Shown here piece after piece: positions 1 through 11,695 of a stretch of DNA of 64,000 nt. The notes beneath the pieces are model-generated. The model did no database searches. It was not told the origin of the DNA and was given only the letters and a program-made list of their open reading frames with translations. Source of the DNA: Podarcis bocagei (taxonomy: Eukaryota); NCBI GenBank assembly GCA_964188305.1, contig OZ076886.1. One strand, given 5' to 3'. The translations under genes and the position numbers were made by a program. Numbering within the stretch: the stretch's first letter is position 1; each line of letters opens with the position of its first letter.

Positions 1-1539
1 CTTTGCACATGGTGTGGTAAAGGAGCTGTCCTTGTCAGCAGTGAACTCCCTGGTTCTAGAGACTCAAACAAAGCCATCTTTAATGACTTTTCAGCACCAG
101 GCAAATTCCTGTTTTTATTTTCCAGTGCTTTGCAAAGTACACTACTAAGAGGTATTTCACTTTAAGAAACGTATTTTTGTATATATTTATTTATATGAGC
201 TTCTTAGCTTCTGCATCTTGCTGTGGTTTGAAGGTGTATTTTCTCTCTACGTGGTCATTTCTGCTGAAATTGTACAAATTGATTTGATTGCATTCTGATA
301 TGGTATGGTATGGTATGGGTTTTATTTGATTGCTGCATAAGTTGTTGTTGTGGGTGGTGGTGGTGGCAATGTGATTTTAATTGGTTGTAATTGTTCATTG
401 CCCTGAAAACTAAGGTGGTAAGGAACTTGATAAATATGACTAAAAATAAATAGGTTTGCCTAGGAATGCAACCTTCCTTGAGGAGAAAAATTCAAACTGG
501 CATTTCCTGGTTATTATATGACTAGGGAAAGGGCTTGCCAAATTTTTTTGTCTGGATACTTTGCAAGCTCTTCCGTACTAGATGGGAGCTGATTGTCAAA
601 ATTATGTCTGATAATAAAAATTTATAGGCATTATCTAAAAATGCTCTGTAAGTGTTGTTTTCTTTAAAACCACAATTAAATATCTCTTCTCCTCCTGACA
701 TGACATGATCATACCCCCCTGAGGATACTGTGCATTCACTCCTTCCATATTTGGGGAGGGGTGAGAGAAATATGCAATGTCCCTTCCTTAACTATGTGAG
801 GAGGAAAGTTACTGCTCTTGCCTGGTGTGACTCATGTGCAATGCCTTCAGTCTATGAGTTTTTCCTCAACCCTGTTGCTGATTGATCCCCATATACAATA
901 CAGAATACATATGCCTGTCATCAGGCCTGGCAGGTTTGCCTGTGGATGTGATATTTGGTTCATGCTCCTATAAAACTGAGGTGACCAGAAGATTGGGCTG
1001 GACGACTTTAAATTCATTCCTACTCTGTAATTTCAATCCGTAATTTAAAAATGGGTTACATGTATCCAAAGTCCCCGCTCCATACACATTAGATACAAGA
1101 GCTTTTAAAAGTTAATGCGAGAACTCGCCACCCCCAACCCCTGTAGCAACAAAGGCATTTAGGAACTTGTTATGATAATGACTTGTGTTTGGACAGTTTT
1201 TAAGCCGGATGTTTAGCTGAGGAATTTTTATAGTTTTAACTATTTTGGCATATGATTGTGTTTGAGATGATTTCGCTTGCTATTCTGATTCAACATGACA
1301 AAAAGCAACGTCAAAAAAGAAGGACAGAAGAAGCACTGAGATTCCTGCTACCTCTTTGATTTTTTTGTTTTGTTTTCTGCAGACTCCCCTCTCTTTTGGT
1401 GCTTCAGAGTCATATTGCTTTCACAACCCAATGCCAAGCCTGAATGAAGGGGACTTGAAAGCAGACTCTCCTGCACTGGAGAACTGGAGAAACATATACA
1501 GCCTGGTGTGTGCTCTGCATCCGCACACAGGCAGAGATA

Positions 1540-1676
1540 ATCATAGAAATGTAGAGTTGGAGAGGACCCTGAGGATCATCTAGTGCAACCCCCTGCAATT
1601 TGCAGTTGTCCCATACAGGGCTCGAACCTGGAATCTTGGCACTATCAGCCCCACGCCCTAACCAACTGAGTTATTC
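1540..1676 (-). mobile_element. Same tRNA-Ile/CR1-tail SINE family, reverse copy
   Basis: Reverse complement aligns with 56785-56931. Confidence 0.8.
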
Positions 1677-3461
1677 AAAGCGATTGCTCAATTGCAATTA
1701 CAATTATTTAAATGTGAGCAAGTTTTAAATCTAGCTGAGAGGCAGAGTTATTTCTAAAGGTACAAGTTATTTCTAAAGTGTGAGAATGTCGGTTGTGTGG
1801 TGTCATTTTTCTGGTTAAGCGAAAGGACTGGTGCAATGATTCAAGGTCAGCAGAGAAGAAGCCACTTTCAGGTTATAAATTAGTAGTAGCCACTACCTAC
1901 TGGGGAGGAGAGGGGATATCTTGAAACAGCGAGCATAGTTTTATCATTGAGGAAGGCAGCTTTCCTCCTGCCCACGTGAACAGACCTGGAGAGCAAAGGC
2001 TGCCAACAGTGTCCCTTGCATTGATCCAAGTTCTGCATTTATCTGATCATTACTCCTTCTCTTGGCATGTGCAGAGCTCTGGAAAAGAAACAATTGGGAT
2101 CGTTGCAAATTGCTTTTAATTGTAAAGAATATCACAGAGTTGAAACATTTGGCCTAGAAAATGATACAATTATTTCACAGACTACATGCAGTGAGGTAGT
2201 TTCAACAACCGGAAGGGACATGTATTTATCTGCTCAGAAGGGAATGCATTTAATCCAGAGCTCATCCAGTCTTTTTTTCAGTGCTACAGCACACTCCTGA
2301 AAGTAATATTCCTATATGCATAAAATTGTAAAGCTGCCATCGCATGGCCCCCATTGGAGGATTTGTATGGCTGCATCACAATCCTAGATTTGCAGGGGTG
2401 GCAAGCTACGCAAGCAGGCTTGGCAGCCCATTATCATCACCATCACCATCAAAATGTAATACCTAAGAAAAGGCTGAAACAAATATTTTCAAATACTCAA
2501 AATCCCTCCATTTTTCTCCAGTTTCACCATTCTGATTATTTAGAATCAGAAATTTCAATGCAAAATCCAAGTTCCAGTTTTGGATGTGAAGCTTTAAGCT
2601 CAGAATTGGGATGTTTTAGGCTTGTTGGCGTCCCGTAATTATTTTGATTTTGGCAAGCTTCAAACACAAGCTTTCAACTGTCAAGTGCTCATTGCTATGG
2701 CATGTTATTGATCAAATGTCAGATACTAAAGGCATTGCATGTTTTTCATCAAACACTATAAGATTTTAAAGCGCTATTATATGTCAGCTAGCAAACACCT
2801 TCTAATATTCTGTATTTTTTGCATGTCAACCATCAAATGATGTCAAATGTGATTGTAGCTCTCTTTCTTTCTTTCTAAGCTTATGGTGGAGACCTCAGTG
2901 GGAAGAACAACTGAAAGGCAGCTTGCTGATCATTAGTGATCATACTCTGCAGTGTAGAAGGGATCTTTTTTGTTGTTGTACCACATGGGATCCACAAGAT
3001 CATGAAGTCCCACCTTCCTGCTTCCTTTTGGTTTAGGTTACCTCCCCACCCCATCCCAATCACAGCTGCACTAAAATCCTGGATACCTGAATTGTTTTCA
3101 GCCAGGCAGCAATCACTTTTCAATCATAGGAGACCAGAATGAAAGGCTTAAATTATCCAAGAAGTTCCTTCTACTGATGAGAGTAGTTTCACCCTACACT
3201 TCTTTGTCTAATTGGCTACACCTCCTTTCCTAAATGTCAGCCCTTGCCATGACTACATTCATTGGCTAAAAAATGCTACAGGCTGTTTTCTTATATAGGA
3301 AATGAACAAAATAGACATTTTGCCTCATATAGCAGGTCATACAAAGGCTTGCTTTATTTGTTTTGTAAATGAAAGCTTGGACTACAGGGAATGTGGCTCA
3401 TCTAGAGGAGTACCTGTCCCTTTGCCTTCTTGCATAGAGCATGCCCCAGAATTATCTACAA

Positions 3462-3597
3462 TAGCTTCCCCCAACCTAATGCCCTCCAGATTTTTTGGGC
3501 AGCACCTCCCATCATTTCTGACCTCTGGCAATGTTGAGTGGGGCCAATTGGAGTTGTAATCCAAAGCCTCTGAAGAGCCTCAGGTTGGGGAAGGCTG
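3462..3597. mobile_element. Old hAT MITE, family C
   Basis: TIRs AGCTTCCCCCAACCT / AGGTTGGGGAAGGCTG. TSD ATCTACAA/ATCTACAG. Related copies at ~33071-33208, ~27850-27940, ~37220-37280 and ~61735-61850. Confidence 0.75.
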
Positions 3598-4029
3598 ATC
3601 TACAGATGGAAAGAACATGCACACATGCATGACAGATGCTGTGGAGTGTATTCATGGAATGTAGACCATTAGAAAAACACTGTGATAGACAACTATGTGT
3701 CAGTGGTCCATGCAATCAGATATGACATGTCACTGCAAGTTGATGATCAGATGTTGCTATATATATATATATATATCTCAGTTGGCCAATATCTGTTATG
3801 TTGGTTGTTAAATATGAACAACAACAAAATATTTTAGATGATATTCAAAGAGTATTCAAGCATCCAGAGAATACCTGGAGAATATTTGACTCCAACTTTG
3901 GAAAGGAGAAAGTTTAAAAGAATCTTAGGAAACTAATTCTTAGGAAATTAATTTCAGCTCAAAAAGTGGGTTTATTAAGCATGTGCAGAGTGCCTTCACC
4001 ACTAACTAATTACAACCATGTCCTATAAA

Positions 4030-4176
4030 CATGGGCTTATTTTAGGTGGAAGTAGGTTTTATGCTAGGAGGGAGAAGAACCGAGTTATCAGTAACGCAAT
4101 TGGTCAGTTAAGTATTTTTATTTATTTACTTGATTGGGGGCAGCTGCCCCCCTGCACCCCCCTGGCTATGCCCACG
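4030..4176 (+). mobile_element. hAT MITE, family B (diverged copy)
   Basis: Ends CATGGGC...GCTATGCCCACG. TSD CCTATAAA/CCTACAAA. Internal similarity to 37000-37145 (ttggtcagttaagtattt...ggcagctg). Confidence 0.8.
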
Positions 4177-4849
4177 CCTACAAAACTTGGAATAAGGAGC
4201 AGGGTACCAAGTCCTCAGGCTTTGGGACTTTCAAGTAAATTTGAAGCCAACTACCTCCCCCTAGTGAAATTGACTGTGCATGTGTTTGATTAAGTTGAAT
4301 GGAGAATGTACATAAATGCAGGTATTATTCTGTGTTAACCAGGTGATTGTGTGAACTCCTGCTAACTCTGTCAGTTTCATATTTATTCATATCTAGAGGA
4401 TTTCTGGCCCACCCATCACAATAAAGATCCCAGGTAGTTTGCAGAAAATAATAATGATAATATCAGTAAAGGTTTACATAGGAATATTAAATATTAAGCC
4501 TGCGCACAATGCAGATTTTATGGCCATTCACCATTCAACTCAGATGAACCCTGTACAGCACATGCCCCTATTTGTATACTCAGTGAGACTCTGGTAAAGC
4601 AATGCACTCGATTGCCAGATTTCTTGATCTTCACAAATATAGGCACCAATGTCAGTCAAAATGAAGCTGAATTTTGTACTCGCAGCAGTCTTTAACTTGT
4701 TGGGTTTCAGACACAACGCTGCATACATGTGTTGCCCTCTTCATTCAATATTCATTTGAAATACAGGCAGACAGAAGTACCTACACAGAGCTATGGATGT
4801 TCAAAATGGCCCCATGGAAATAAATGTAATCAGATCTCTGTCAGTGGTT

Positions 4850-5950
4850 ACCTGTCTGCCTTCCTGGAAGTCAGTTTATAAACTGATGTGTGTCTGTGTG
4901 TCTGTCTATAATCATCTGTTATATTATCTGCATATTGAGGCAAGTGAATTTTGAAAGAGGCTCTTTATCAATACGCTGCAATACAAGGTGTTAGAACCAC
5001 ATTATTTGCATGTTTTTGCAAGCGTGAACAACGTCGGTGCAACACCTGTGCAGATTTACACATGTAGACACGGACAAAAAGAAAGAAAGAAAGTCGGAGA
5101 AAGCCACCCTGAATTTAGTTTTAAAGTTTCTCCCATATAAAAGTCTTCTTTGCGAGAAAGGCTGGGAGAGGATACCAAGCCCGCAGTCTTTGGGCAGGAA
5201 AAGAGAAAAGAACAAGTCAAGTCTCTGGCTGCAACTTCCTAACGATCAGTTGATTTACCCTGGGAGGATAAAGCGTTTGTTTTTGCGCCACATTATTATA
5301 AAAAGGCTGACCAGGCTTGTCAAAGTGCCCCTCTCCATATGCTAGCACCGCTGATGAGAAGTTGCTCTTTGGGGAGAATCCGACACGCATGGAGAGGTTT
5401 GGGGCGGAGGGCTAGATCACTTTTAGGGAAGATAAGCAGTTAGGGGGCACGCACGAAGATGTCCCACTAGACGTCAAGTACGAGAAAGCGGGAGGCTCTG
5501 GCACTTGGCGATCAAGGCGATCGAGAGAGGAAGGAAAGGGAACGCGGGGAGAGTTTTGACGCACGGAGACTTAAGCCAGCTCCAGAATTTGAGTCGGTTC
5601 CAGAACGCTGCTTGCAGCGGAAATGTTGCAGAGTGTGCGTGTATGGGTATGTAATCTCTCTCTCTCTAGAGAGAGGGGTGGTTCTTGAGAGCGTTTGTGC
5701 GAAGAAACTGCCACAAAGATACGTGTTACACGTGTAGCGCTCGTGTGCATGCATCACTGGGTTTTTTTAACTGTCTTCGTCGTCTTCTCTTTCTCGGAAC
5801 AAGCCAAGCAAGAAAAAGAAAATAGCGGGCTTGTGTATATATATATTTTAATTTAAAAAAACCCATCGCCGCTAACTCCGTCCCTTTGAACCACAGCGTC
5901 CTATTCGAGACACGTGTTTCCAAGACTCCGGATAACAAGAATAAAAAACC
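4850..5950 (+). promoter_or_regulatory. Candidate distal EBF1 promoter or upstream regulatory CpG patch
   Basis: Separate CpG-retaining block ~3 kb upstream of the ATG. GAS/STAT motifs TTCCTGGAA 4861 and TTCTCGGAA 5791, E-box CACCTG 5043, near-EBF site TACCCTGGGA 5256. Confidence 0.4.
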
Positions 5951-6247
5951 ATCACCGTTCTAAAGGAAATCGTTCTAAACTAAAGTGAGACTCTTTTCTT
6001 TCTGCCCCACCACTCCCCATCCTAAAAAAGAATTACCCGACCTTCCTGGATTTGGAAGAGGGATAAAATGAGCCCATTAGGCACTTTTTAAACTGATGCG
6101 CCCTTGGTTTATTGGTAAAGGAGAAAAGAAATAATAATTTTAATGCCCTTTGTGGGGCGAGAAGTGGCACTTCCTCGTCGGAGAGTGACTTCTACTATGT
6201 GGAGGCCACGTGAAAAGAAATAAGGGAGGACGAGAGAGACATAATAA

Positions 6248-6279
<32 letters not shown>
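6248..6279. repeat. (TAG)n microsatellite
   Basis: Direct reading; it produces the spurious poly-Ser ORF 6210-6461. Confidence 0.95.
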
Positions 6280-7264
6280 ATAACAACGCGCTGAGCTATC
6301 TGCGCAACGAAGACTCCGAACGACGGGTTCTTATTTTAAAAAACACAAGGCATATTTTGTGTGGGTGCTTTTGTTTCGGTTTTTTTGCAGGCATCTGCCT
6401 TATGACCTCGTCCGACTATAAATTAGAAACAAATCCCACGAATCTCTCGATGATGGGATGAGGGGGGGGGACTGTACAATCGGTCGTGAGAGTGAAATGT
6501 AACAATGCGGACGGATCATCTGCTCTTTTTTTTAAAAAAGAGGAACACCAGCTTGGTGGTGGGTGACAGCTGTGCTCACAAAATCGTCTCCATTATGGAA
6601 AGGATGGTGGGGGTTGCATCCAGTTGAAAGAGCCTGTCACTGTGGCCCGCAACAACATCAGCAGCAACAGCATTGGAGGACGTTCCTCTTTTTAAATTTT
6701 TAATTATTATTTTTTGTGGTTGGCTAAGGGGCTGCACAGCACGAAAGTAACACCACCCGCACCTTGGGCACATAACTTTGGGACGAGCGACGGACGAATC
6801 GTCGAAGCGGCGGGAAGAAGGTCCTTGGTCCCTGTGCCCATTTCACGCGAAACCTCGAGGGCAAACTCGCCTCTTTCGATCGGGCGGGAACTTGGGGGAG
6901 GCTGCTATATTGGAAATATTTAACTCGATGTGCTGGAGAGGGAAAAAGAAACCCAAACTGCAGCCACCTTTGGTTTAAACGATGGGATCGCGAGAGGCCA
7001 AGAGCGAGGAATCAGTTGCTGGACGGCGCGCCTCGCCAGCCCGAACTTCCACGCGTCTTAAAACAAAAACAACACCACGAGGCTGCTGCTGGAGGGCAAG
7101 CGCGCTGCTCTCCGCCTGCATTTGCGCCTTTCCACTCCGATCCTGCCTCTTCCCAACCCGATCCTGTCCCCTTTTCCCCTTCCTTCCTCCTTTCCTTCCT
7201 TCTCCTCGCCGCCCGCGGCTCTCGCGCCCTGGCTGGCAACTTTCTCCGGTCTTTTCCCGGCGAG

Positions 7265-7500
7265 GCGAGGGGGCGGGGCGATGCTAATGAGCGGGGCGTG
7301 TCCCCCCGGCCCGCCGCGCGACGCACCTCGGAGTTCCTCGCCGCCCATTGGCGAGCCGCGGCGCGGCCGAGGAAGTTGTGACGCTATGCAAATGGAGAGG
7401 GCGGCGCCGAGCCCGGGCCGGGCCCCGCCCCCTGCCCGCTGGGGCTGCTGCGCTCGTGTTTGGCTGCGGGGAGAGTCGGAACGGATTCCATTGGGAAAGA
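7265..7500 (+). promoter_or_regulatory. TATA-less proximal promoter core: GC boxes, octamer, ETS, CCAAT
   Basis: GGGGCGGGGC ~7270, ATGCTAAT 7281, GGGGCGTG ~7293, ATTGG ~7347 and ~7491, AGGAAGT 7370, perfect octamer ATGCAAAT 7386-7393, CCCCGCCCC ~7423. The TSS cannot be placed from sequence alone. Confidence 0.65.
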
Positions 7501-7649
7501 CTGCAAATCACTCCGGTTCGAGCGCGTGGGGGGGAGGGAAGAAGGGGGGAGGGAAGAAGCCAAGAGGATCGCCGTTCACCCGCGGAGGCTGCTGCTGCTG
7601 CTCCTGCTGCTTACCTTTGCCGGCGTGTCTTCCTCTGTCGCTCTCTCCA

Positions 7650-7690
7650 GCAGCCAGCCAGCCAGCCAGCCAGCCAGGCAGGCAGGCAGC
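7650..7690. repeat. (CAGC)n(CAGG)n compound microsatellite near the TSS or in the 5' leader
   Basis: Direct reading. Confidence 0.9.
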
Positions 7691-7904
7691 TTCCTGCGCT
7701 GGGGAAGAAAGGCAGGAGAGAGAGAGGAGCCAGAGGAGCCCCGCAGAAAGAAAGAAAAGCAAATATATATATTAATATATACATATTAAAGAAAGAAGGG
7801 GGAAAAGATCTTTGGCTGGAGGGAAAGAAAAGCCAGGAAGAAAAGGCACCAGAAAGAAGAGCGCGCGGGAGGCAGCAAACTTGCCGCTCTCTTGTCACTG
7901 GAAA

Positions 7905-7982
7905 ATGACACTTGAGGTAGCCAAGGGCGCCGCCGCCGCCGCAAAAGCCGCCGCCGCTCCAGTCGATCCTATTGTTTCTTAA
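7905..7982 (+). other. Putative uORF, 25 aa, MTLEVAKGAAAAAKAAAAPVDPIVS
   Basis: aaaATGa context (A at -3), TAA at 7980-7982. It is a uORF only if the TSS lies upstream of 7905. Confidence 0.4.
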
Positions 7983-8580
7983 ACTGCCTTCTTTCTCCGG
8001 CGATCCCAAGGAGGGTGACTTCGGCGCGGAACGGGGACGGCGCCTTCGTCCTCCGGCTTCTGGCGCGATCCCGGCCAGCGAACAAACGATCGTCGTCATC
8101 TTCATCATCATCATCATTTTTTTAAAAAAAAATATTATTGTTGTTATTCTTCTCCTCCAAAGGCCACTCCGCCACGCAGCCTCGACAAGAACCAGCTCGC
8201 CACCAGCCAAGCCAAGAGCATCCGCGGCCAACCCCGGGGGAGGGCGATTTCGGTCCCCCTCTGGATTCTCGCTCGTTTTGTTTTTCCTCCCCCGCTGCTG
8301 CTGCTTCTCCCTTTCAATGTCTGTGTTTGATTTTCTCTGATTTGCTTTGATTCCAGCAGCGGTTCCAGAGAAAAAGAAAGAAAGCAAAGCAAAGAGCGAG
8401 AAAGAGAGAGAGAGAGAGAAAGAAAGCAAGCAAGAAGAAGAAAAAACACTCCCTGGCGATTTATTATCATCAACACTATTCTTTGTTGTTGTGTTTTGTG
8501 TTGTTGTCGTTCTCTCTCTCTTAGATCTATATTATTACTATTTTTTAAGAAGAAGGGAGGGTCCTGGTTGCTTTTAATTC

Positions 8581-8714
8581 ATGTTTGGGATCCAGGAAAG
8601 CATTCAGCGGAGTGGGAGCAGCATGAAGGAAGAGCCCCTCGGCGCGGGCATGAACGCGGTCAGGACCTGGATGCAGGGCGCCGGCGTCCTAGATGCAAAC
8701 ACGGCCGCGCAGAG
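8581..8714 (+). CDS. EBF1: EBF1 coding exon 1 ([45 protein letters not shown])
   Basis: Translation matches the recalled vertebrate EBF1 N-terminus, which distinguishes it from EBF2/3/4. 134 nt, ending at donor AG|gtacgt (8714/8715), phase 2. Confidence 0.97.
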
Positions 8715-9992
8715 GTACGTAGGCGCTGGCGCAGCATCCCTCGCTCCCCTTGCCTTGCCCTCCTCTCCCTTCTTGTCTCGGTAGGCTACCTCTCCAGCAA
8801 CAGCAGCTCTCCGCAGCCGACTTTTTGCCTGCAGGACTTTTGCGCTGGGGCCACTTTTTGTTGTTGCAAGCGCCTTGTCAGTGGCGTCTTTACGCGCGTT
8901 GGCTCTTCCTTCCTAGTTGGGCAAACACGTCTTTCTCTGTCTCTCGCTCACACTTTCCATTTCCCCTCCTCCTCCCCAAAATGATTTTCACAATATGTTT
9001 ACTCTTCCGATGCCCCCAGTCTCATAACCGTCTCTTCATCTCTCAAAAAAGCTACATTAGTAGGTGCAACACTCTTCCTTCCCCAGCATAACCCTCCAGA
9101 AGATATAAGCACTAATGCAAATTGACCCCCGTTTCCTCCCAAAGCCTCGATTTTTGTGAGTTGCAACAGGCAATGAACTTTTTCTAGATGCACAACGCTA
9201 GACGCGTGTGTGTGTCCCTTCTGCAAAACCTTTGCAATATTTATTGGTAGTCATCCTCCTCCTCCGCGGATGCTCTTCCCGCCCTCCACAGCCTTGCATT
9301 CTGCAAAGCCTCTGTCCCGGACATCTCTAAATCTTTCTCTTTCACACACCCCTCTTGCTGTCCGTGTTTGCGCGGAAGCAAGTCCGAATTATTGCCGTGG
9401 GACTCGCCTCCAAGCCAGCCCCGGTTCGGATTGCAGCCTGGGGCGCATTTGCTAAGACGGATCCGGAACCAAGAGCCAACTCTCGGTTTTAACTGTCATG
9501 TTCGGCTGTATTTCACGTCCATCCTCTGCCCAGTATCACCCCCAGGAAAAATGCCCCTCTGAGGAAGGGAAAGTTCTGCAGTTCTGCAGGGACAACCCAA
9601 AGGTTGAAATGTTTAAAGTTTTCCTAGGCAGCCTGTGGCGGGATGGTTCCCACCGCAAAGAACCGGAGAGGCGATGGAGCCAGAGGCGCTCTTAAAAGCT
9701 CGGGCGGAAAGATAAGGCACATGGCGGGTTTCCCTGACAGCTGAGGCCAGAGCGGAGGGGACTGCAAAAGAACAGCGCTGGGAAAGCAAAGCTCAGCTAT
9801 CTCGGGCAGCTTAAAGCAATCTATAATTCAACCTGAGCTTTACAAAGTGGAAATAGAAGGTTTGTGGGTGGAGGGGGGGGGGTGTTTCAGGAGCAAAATA
9901 AATGTTTCATAAAAAAATAAAATCATAATCACTTTGGAGAGCATTGTTTCTTCCTTTCTGGCTCCGAGGAGCCAGGCGCTCCAACACGGGAG

Positions 9993-10033
<41 letters not shown>
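9993..10033. repeat. (GAAA)n microsatellite in intron 1
   Basis: Direct reading. Confidence 0.95.
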
Positions 10034-10034
<1 letters not shown>

Positions 10035-10433
10035 GCAACAAAATAGGTGAATCAATAAGTTTGCTTCCCCTGTAGGACTGAGCCACCTGCTCTGGTTTCT
10101 CCTTCGGGCTAGCGAGTTTCACAGAATTTTCTGCTGGAAAATAGGAGGACCAGGCCTGAAATGGACGTGGGTGAGGGCCCTTGAGCTGTGACCCGAAAGC
10201 TTGCTGGGCATTTTAGAAAGCCGTGCGGGACCCTGGCCCGGGACTTCGAGTGCTTTTCGGCTCGCTAGCCCCGGCGCCCCTTACTCCGTGGCGTCTAGTG
10301 CCCTAACTCCAGCGAGGGTGACCAGAAAGGCGGGCAGGGGTGGCATGTGGGAGAGAGACCCCCTTGGAGATGGGAGTTAAGAGGGCCTTGGGACCTCCTC
10401 GGGGCTCCTAACCGTGTGTGTCTTTGGCTGCAG

Positions 10434-10590
10434 CGGGGTGGGCCTGGCCCGGGCTCATTTCGAGAAGCAGCCGCCTTCCAACTTGAGGAAATCGAACTTC
10501 TTCCACTTCGTGCTGGCTCTGTACGACCGGCAGGGGCAGCCGGTGGAGATCGAGCGCACCGCCTTCGTGGGCTTCGTGGAGAAGGAGAAA
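10434..10590 (+). CDS. EBF1: EBF1 coding exon 2 ([52 protein letters not shown])
   Basis: Acceptor tctttggctgcag|C, donor AAA|gtaagt. 157 nt, in frame with exon 1. Contains the COE signature [20 protein letters not shown]. Confidence 0.98.
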
Positions 10591-11228
10591 GTAAGTGAAC
10601 GTGTGAAGTGCGGGATGGGTGGGTGGGTGGGTGGTGAAGAGGCTCCGACTGCCTCACCTGCGAATTGTAACCCTCCCCCACCCCTTGCACAGCCCATCAC
10701 CAGAGAGAAAGAGAGAGAGAGGGAGCGCAATTCCACACCTCCATGCCTTAAAATTAGCTTTGCAACTATTTTGCACGCTATTGGGAGCGGGGGAATAACA
10801 TTGCCTTTGCAAAATCCCTACCAGACGAATCGCCTTCCAAACGCTCGCAGGGTCCCTTTCTCCCCGCAGAACCTCCACCCCAATTGAGCCAGTTTGACAA
10901 CTTCATGCCACTACAACGCCCCCACCCCGTCGACTGTCTTCGTGACATCAAGGCGTGTCCCCTCCATCCCTGGGTTTCCCTCGTGGGCTTCTCTTCGGTT
11001 GCAGCCCTGCCCCAGGCTTCTCTCTCTCCTCCTTTAGGCACTTTTGGTTAAATGCTTCAAGCTAAATCCCCGCTTGAATGGGAAAAAGGGAAAAAGAAAG
11101 AAAGCGGGATGTGTGTGTATGTTTGTGTGTAGAAACTAAGAACAAAGTAAAGAAAAGCGCAGAGTGAGTTTGGAGCGTCCCGGTGGTCTGCCGTCGTTCT
11201 TATATGTGTGCGCCCCTTTTCCATTCAG

Positions 11229-11292
11229 GAAGCCAACAGCGAAAAGACGAACAACGGGATCCATTACCGGCTGCAGCTCCTCTACAGCAATG
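11229..11292 (+). CDS. EBF1: EBF1 coding exon 3 (EANSEKTNNGIHYRLQLLYSN-G)
   Basis: Acceptor ccccttttccattcag|GAA, donor AATG|gtgagc. 64 nt, frame continuous. Confidence 0.97.
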
Positions 11293-11553
11293 GTGAGCCC
11301 CTTTCCTGGCTCGGCCCAACCCTGACAGCTCGCGGCGGCTTGAAAGCTCTAGGGAGCTCCCTGGCTCAAGTGAACTGTTTACTCCTGGAAGTGAGAAGCC
11401 GGGGAGGGGAGAAGGAAAAGAAAAGGGTGAAAGCCACCTCTCCAGTAGTCCCATAAGGCAGGACAGTTTCTCTTTCCTTCCCCACGTGGCGACTGCTTTC
11501 GCTTTGCATGTTTCCAGCTCACCAGACACAACGTTCCACTTTGGTCAGTCAAA

Positions 11554-11695
11554 CATGGAGGTCGCCAAGGCGGAGCAGGGATGGGCAGCTGCCCCCCTCC
11601 AAATCAACATAAATCAATAAAAATACATAGCAAACGGAGGTTCTGTCCCCCAAAGCCATGCTCCCCTAATAAAAGGCCTACCCTCTTTGACCATG
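11554..11695 (-). mobile_element. hAT MITE, family B, inverted copy in EBF1 intron 3
   Basis: CATGG...CCATG ends, perfect 8-bp TSD CAGTCAAA. The interior resembles the reverse complement of the 4030 copy. Confidence 0.75.

Larger units (their letters stand above)
6750..8900. promoter_or_regulatory. CpG island over the EBF1 proximal promoter, 5' leader and exon 1 (CpG-rich patches continue to ~13700)
   Basis: High GC and dense CG dinucleotides compared with the CpG-depleted flanks (1-4900 and >14000). Confidence 0.85.

Noticed and set aside
7012-8476. Long overlapping ORFs (up to 272 aa) on both strands around the promoter
   Set aside because: They arise from stop-poor GC-rich CpG-island and microsatellite sequence. 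They are low-complexity, show no recognisable domain and often start at non-ATG codons.
8715-8784. Read-through tails of exon ORFs (also 10591-10887 and 11293-11456)
   Set aside because: EBF1 similarity stops exactly at canonical GT donors, so the tails are intronic.
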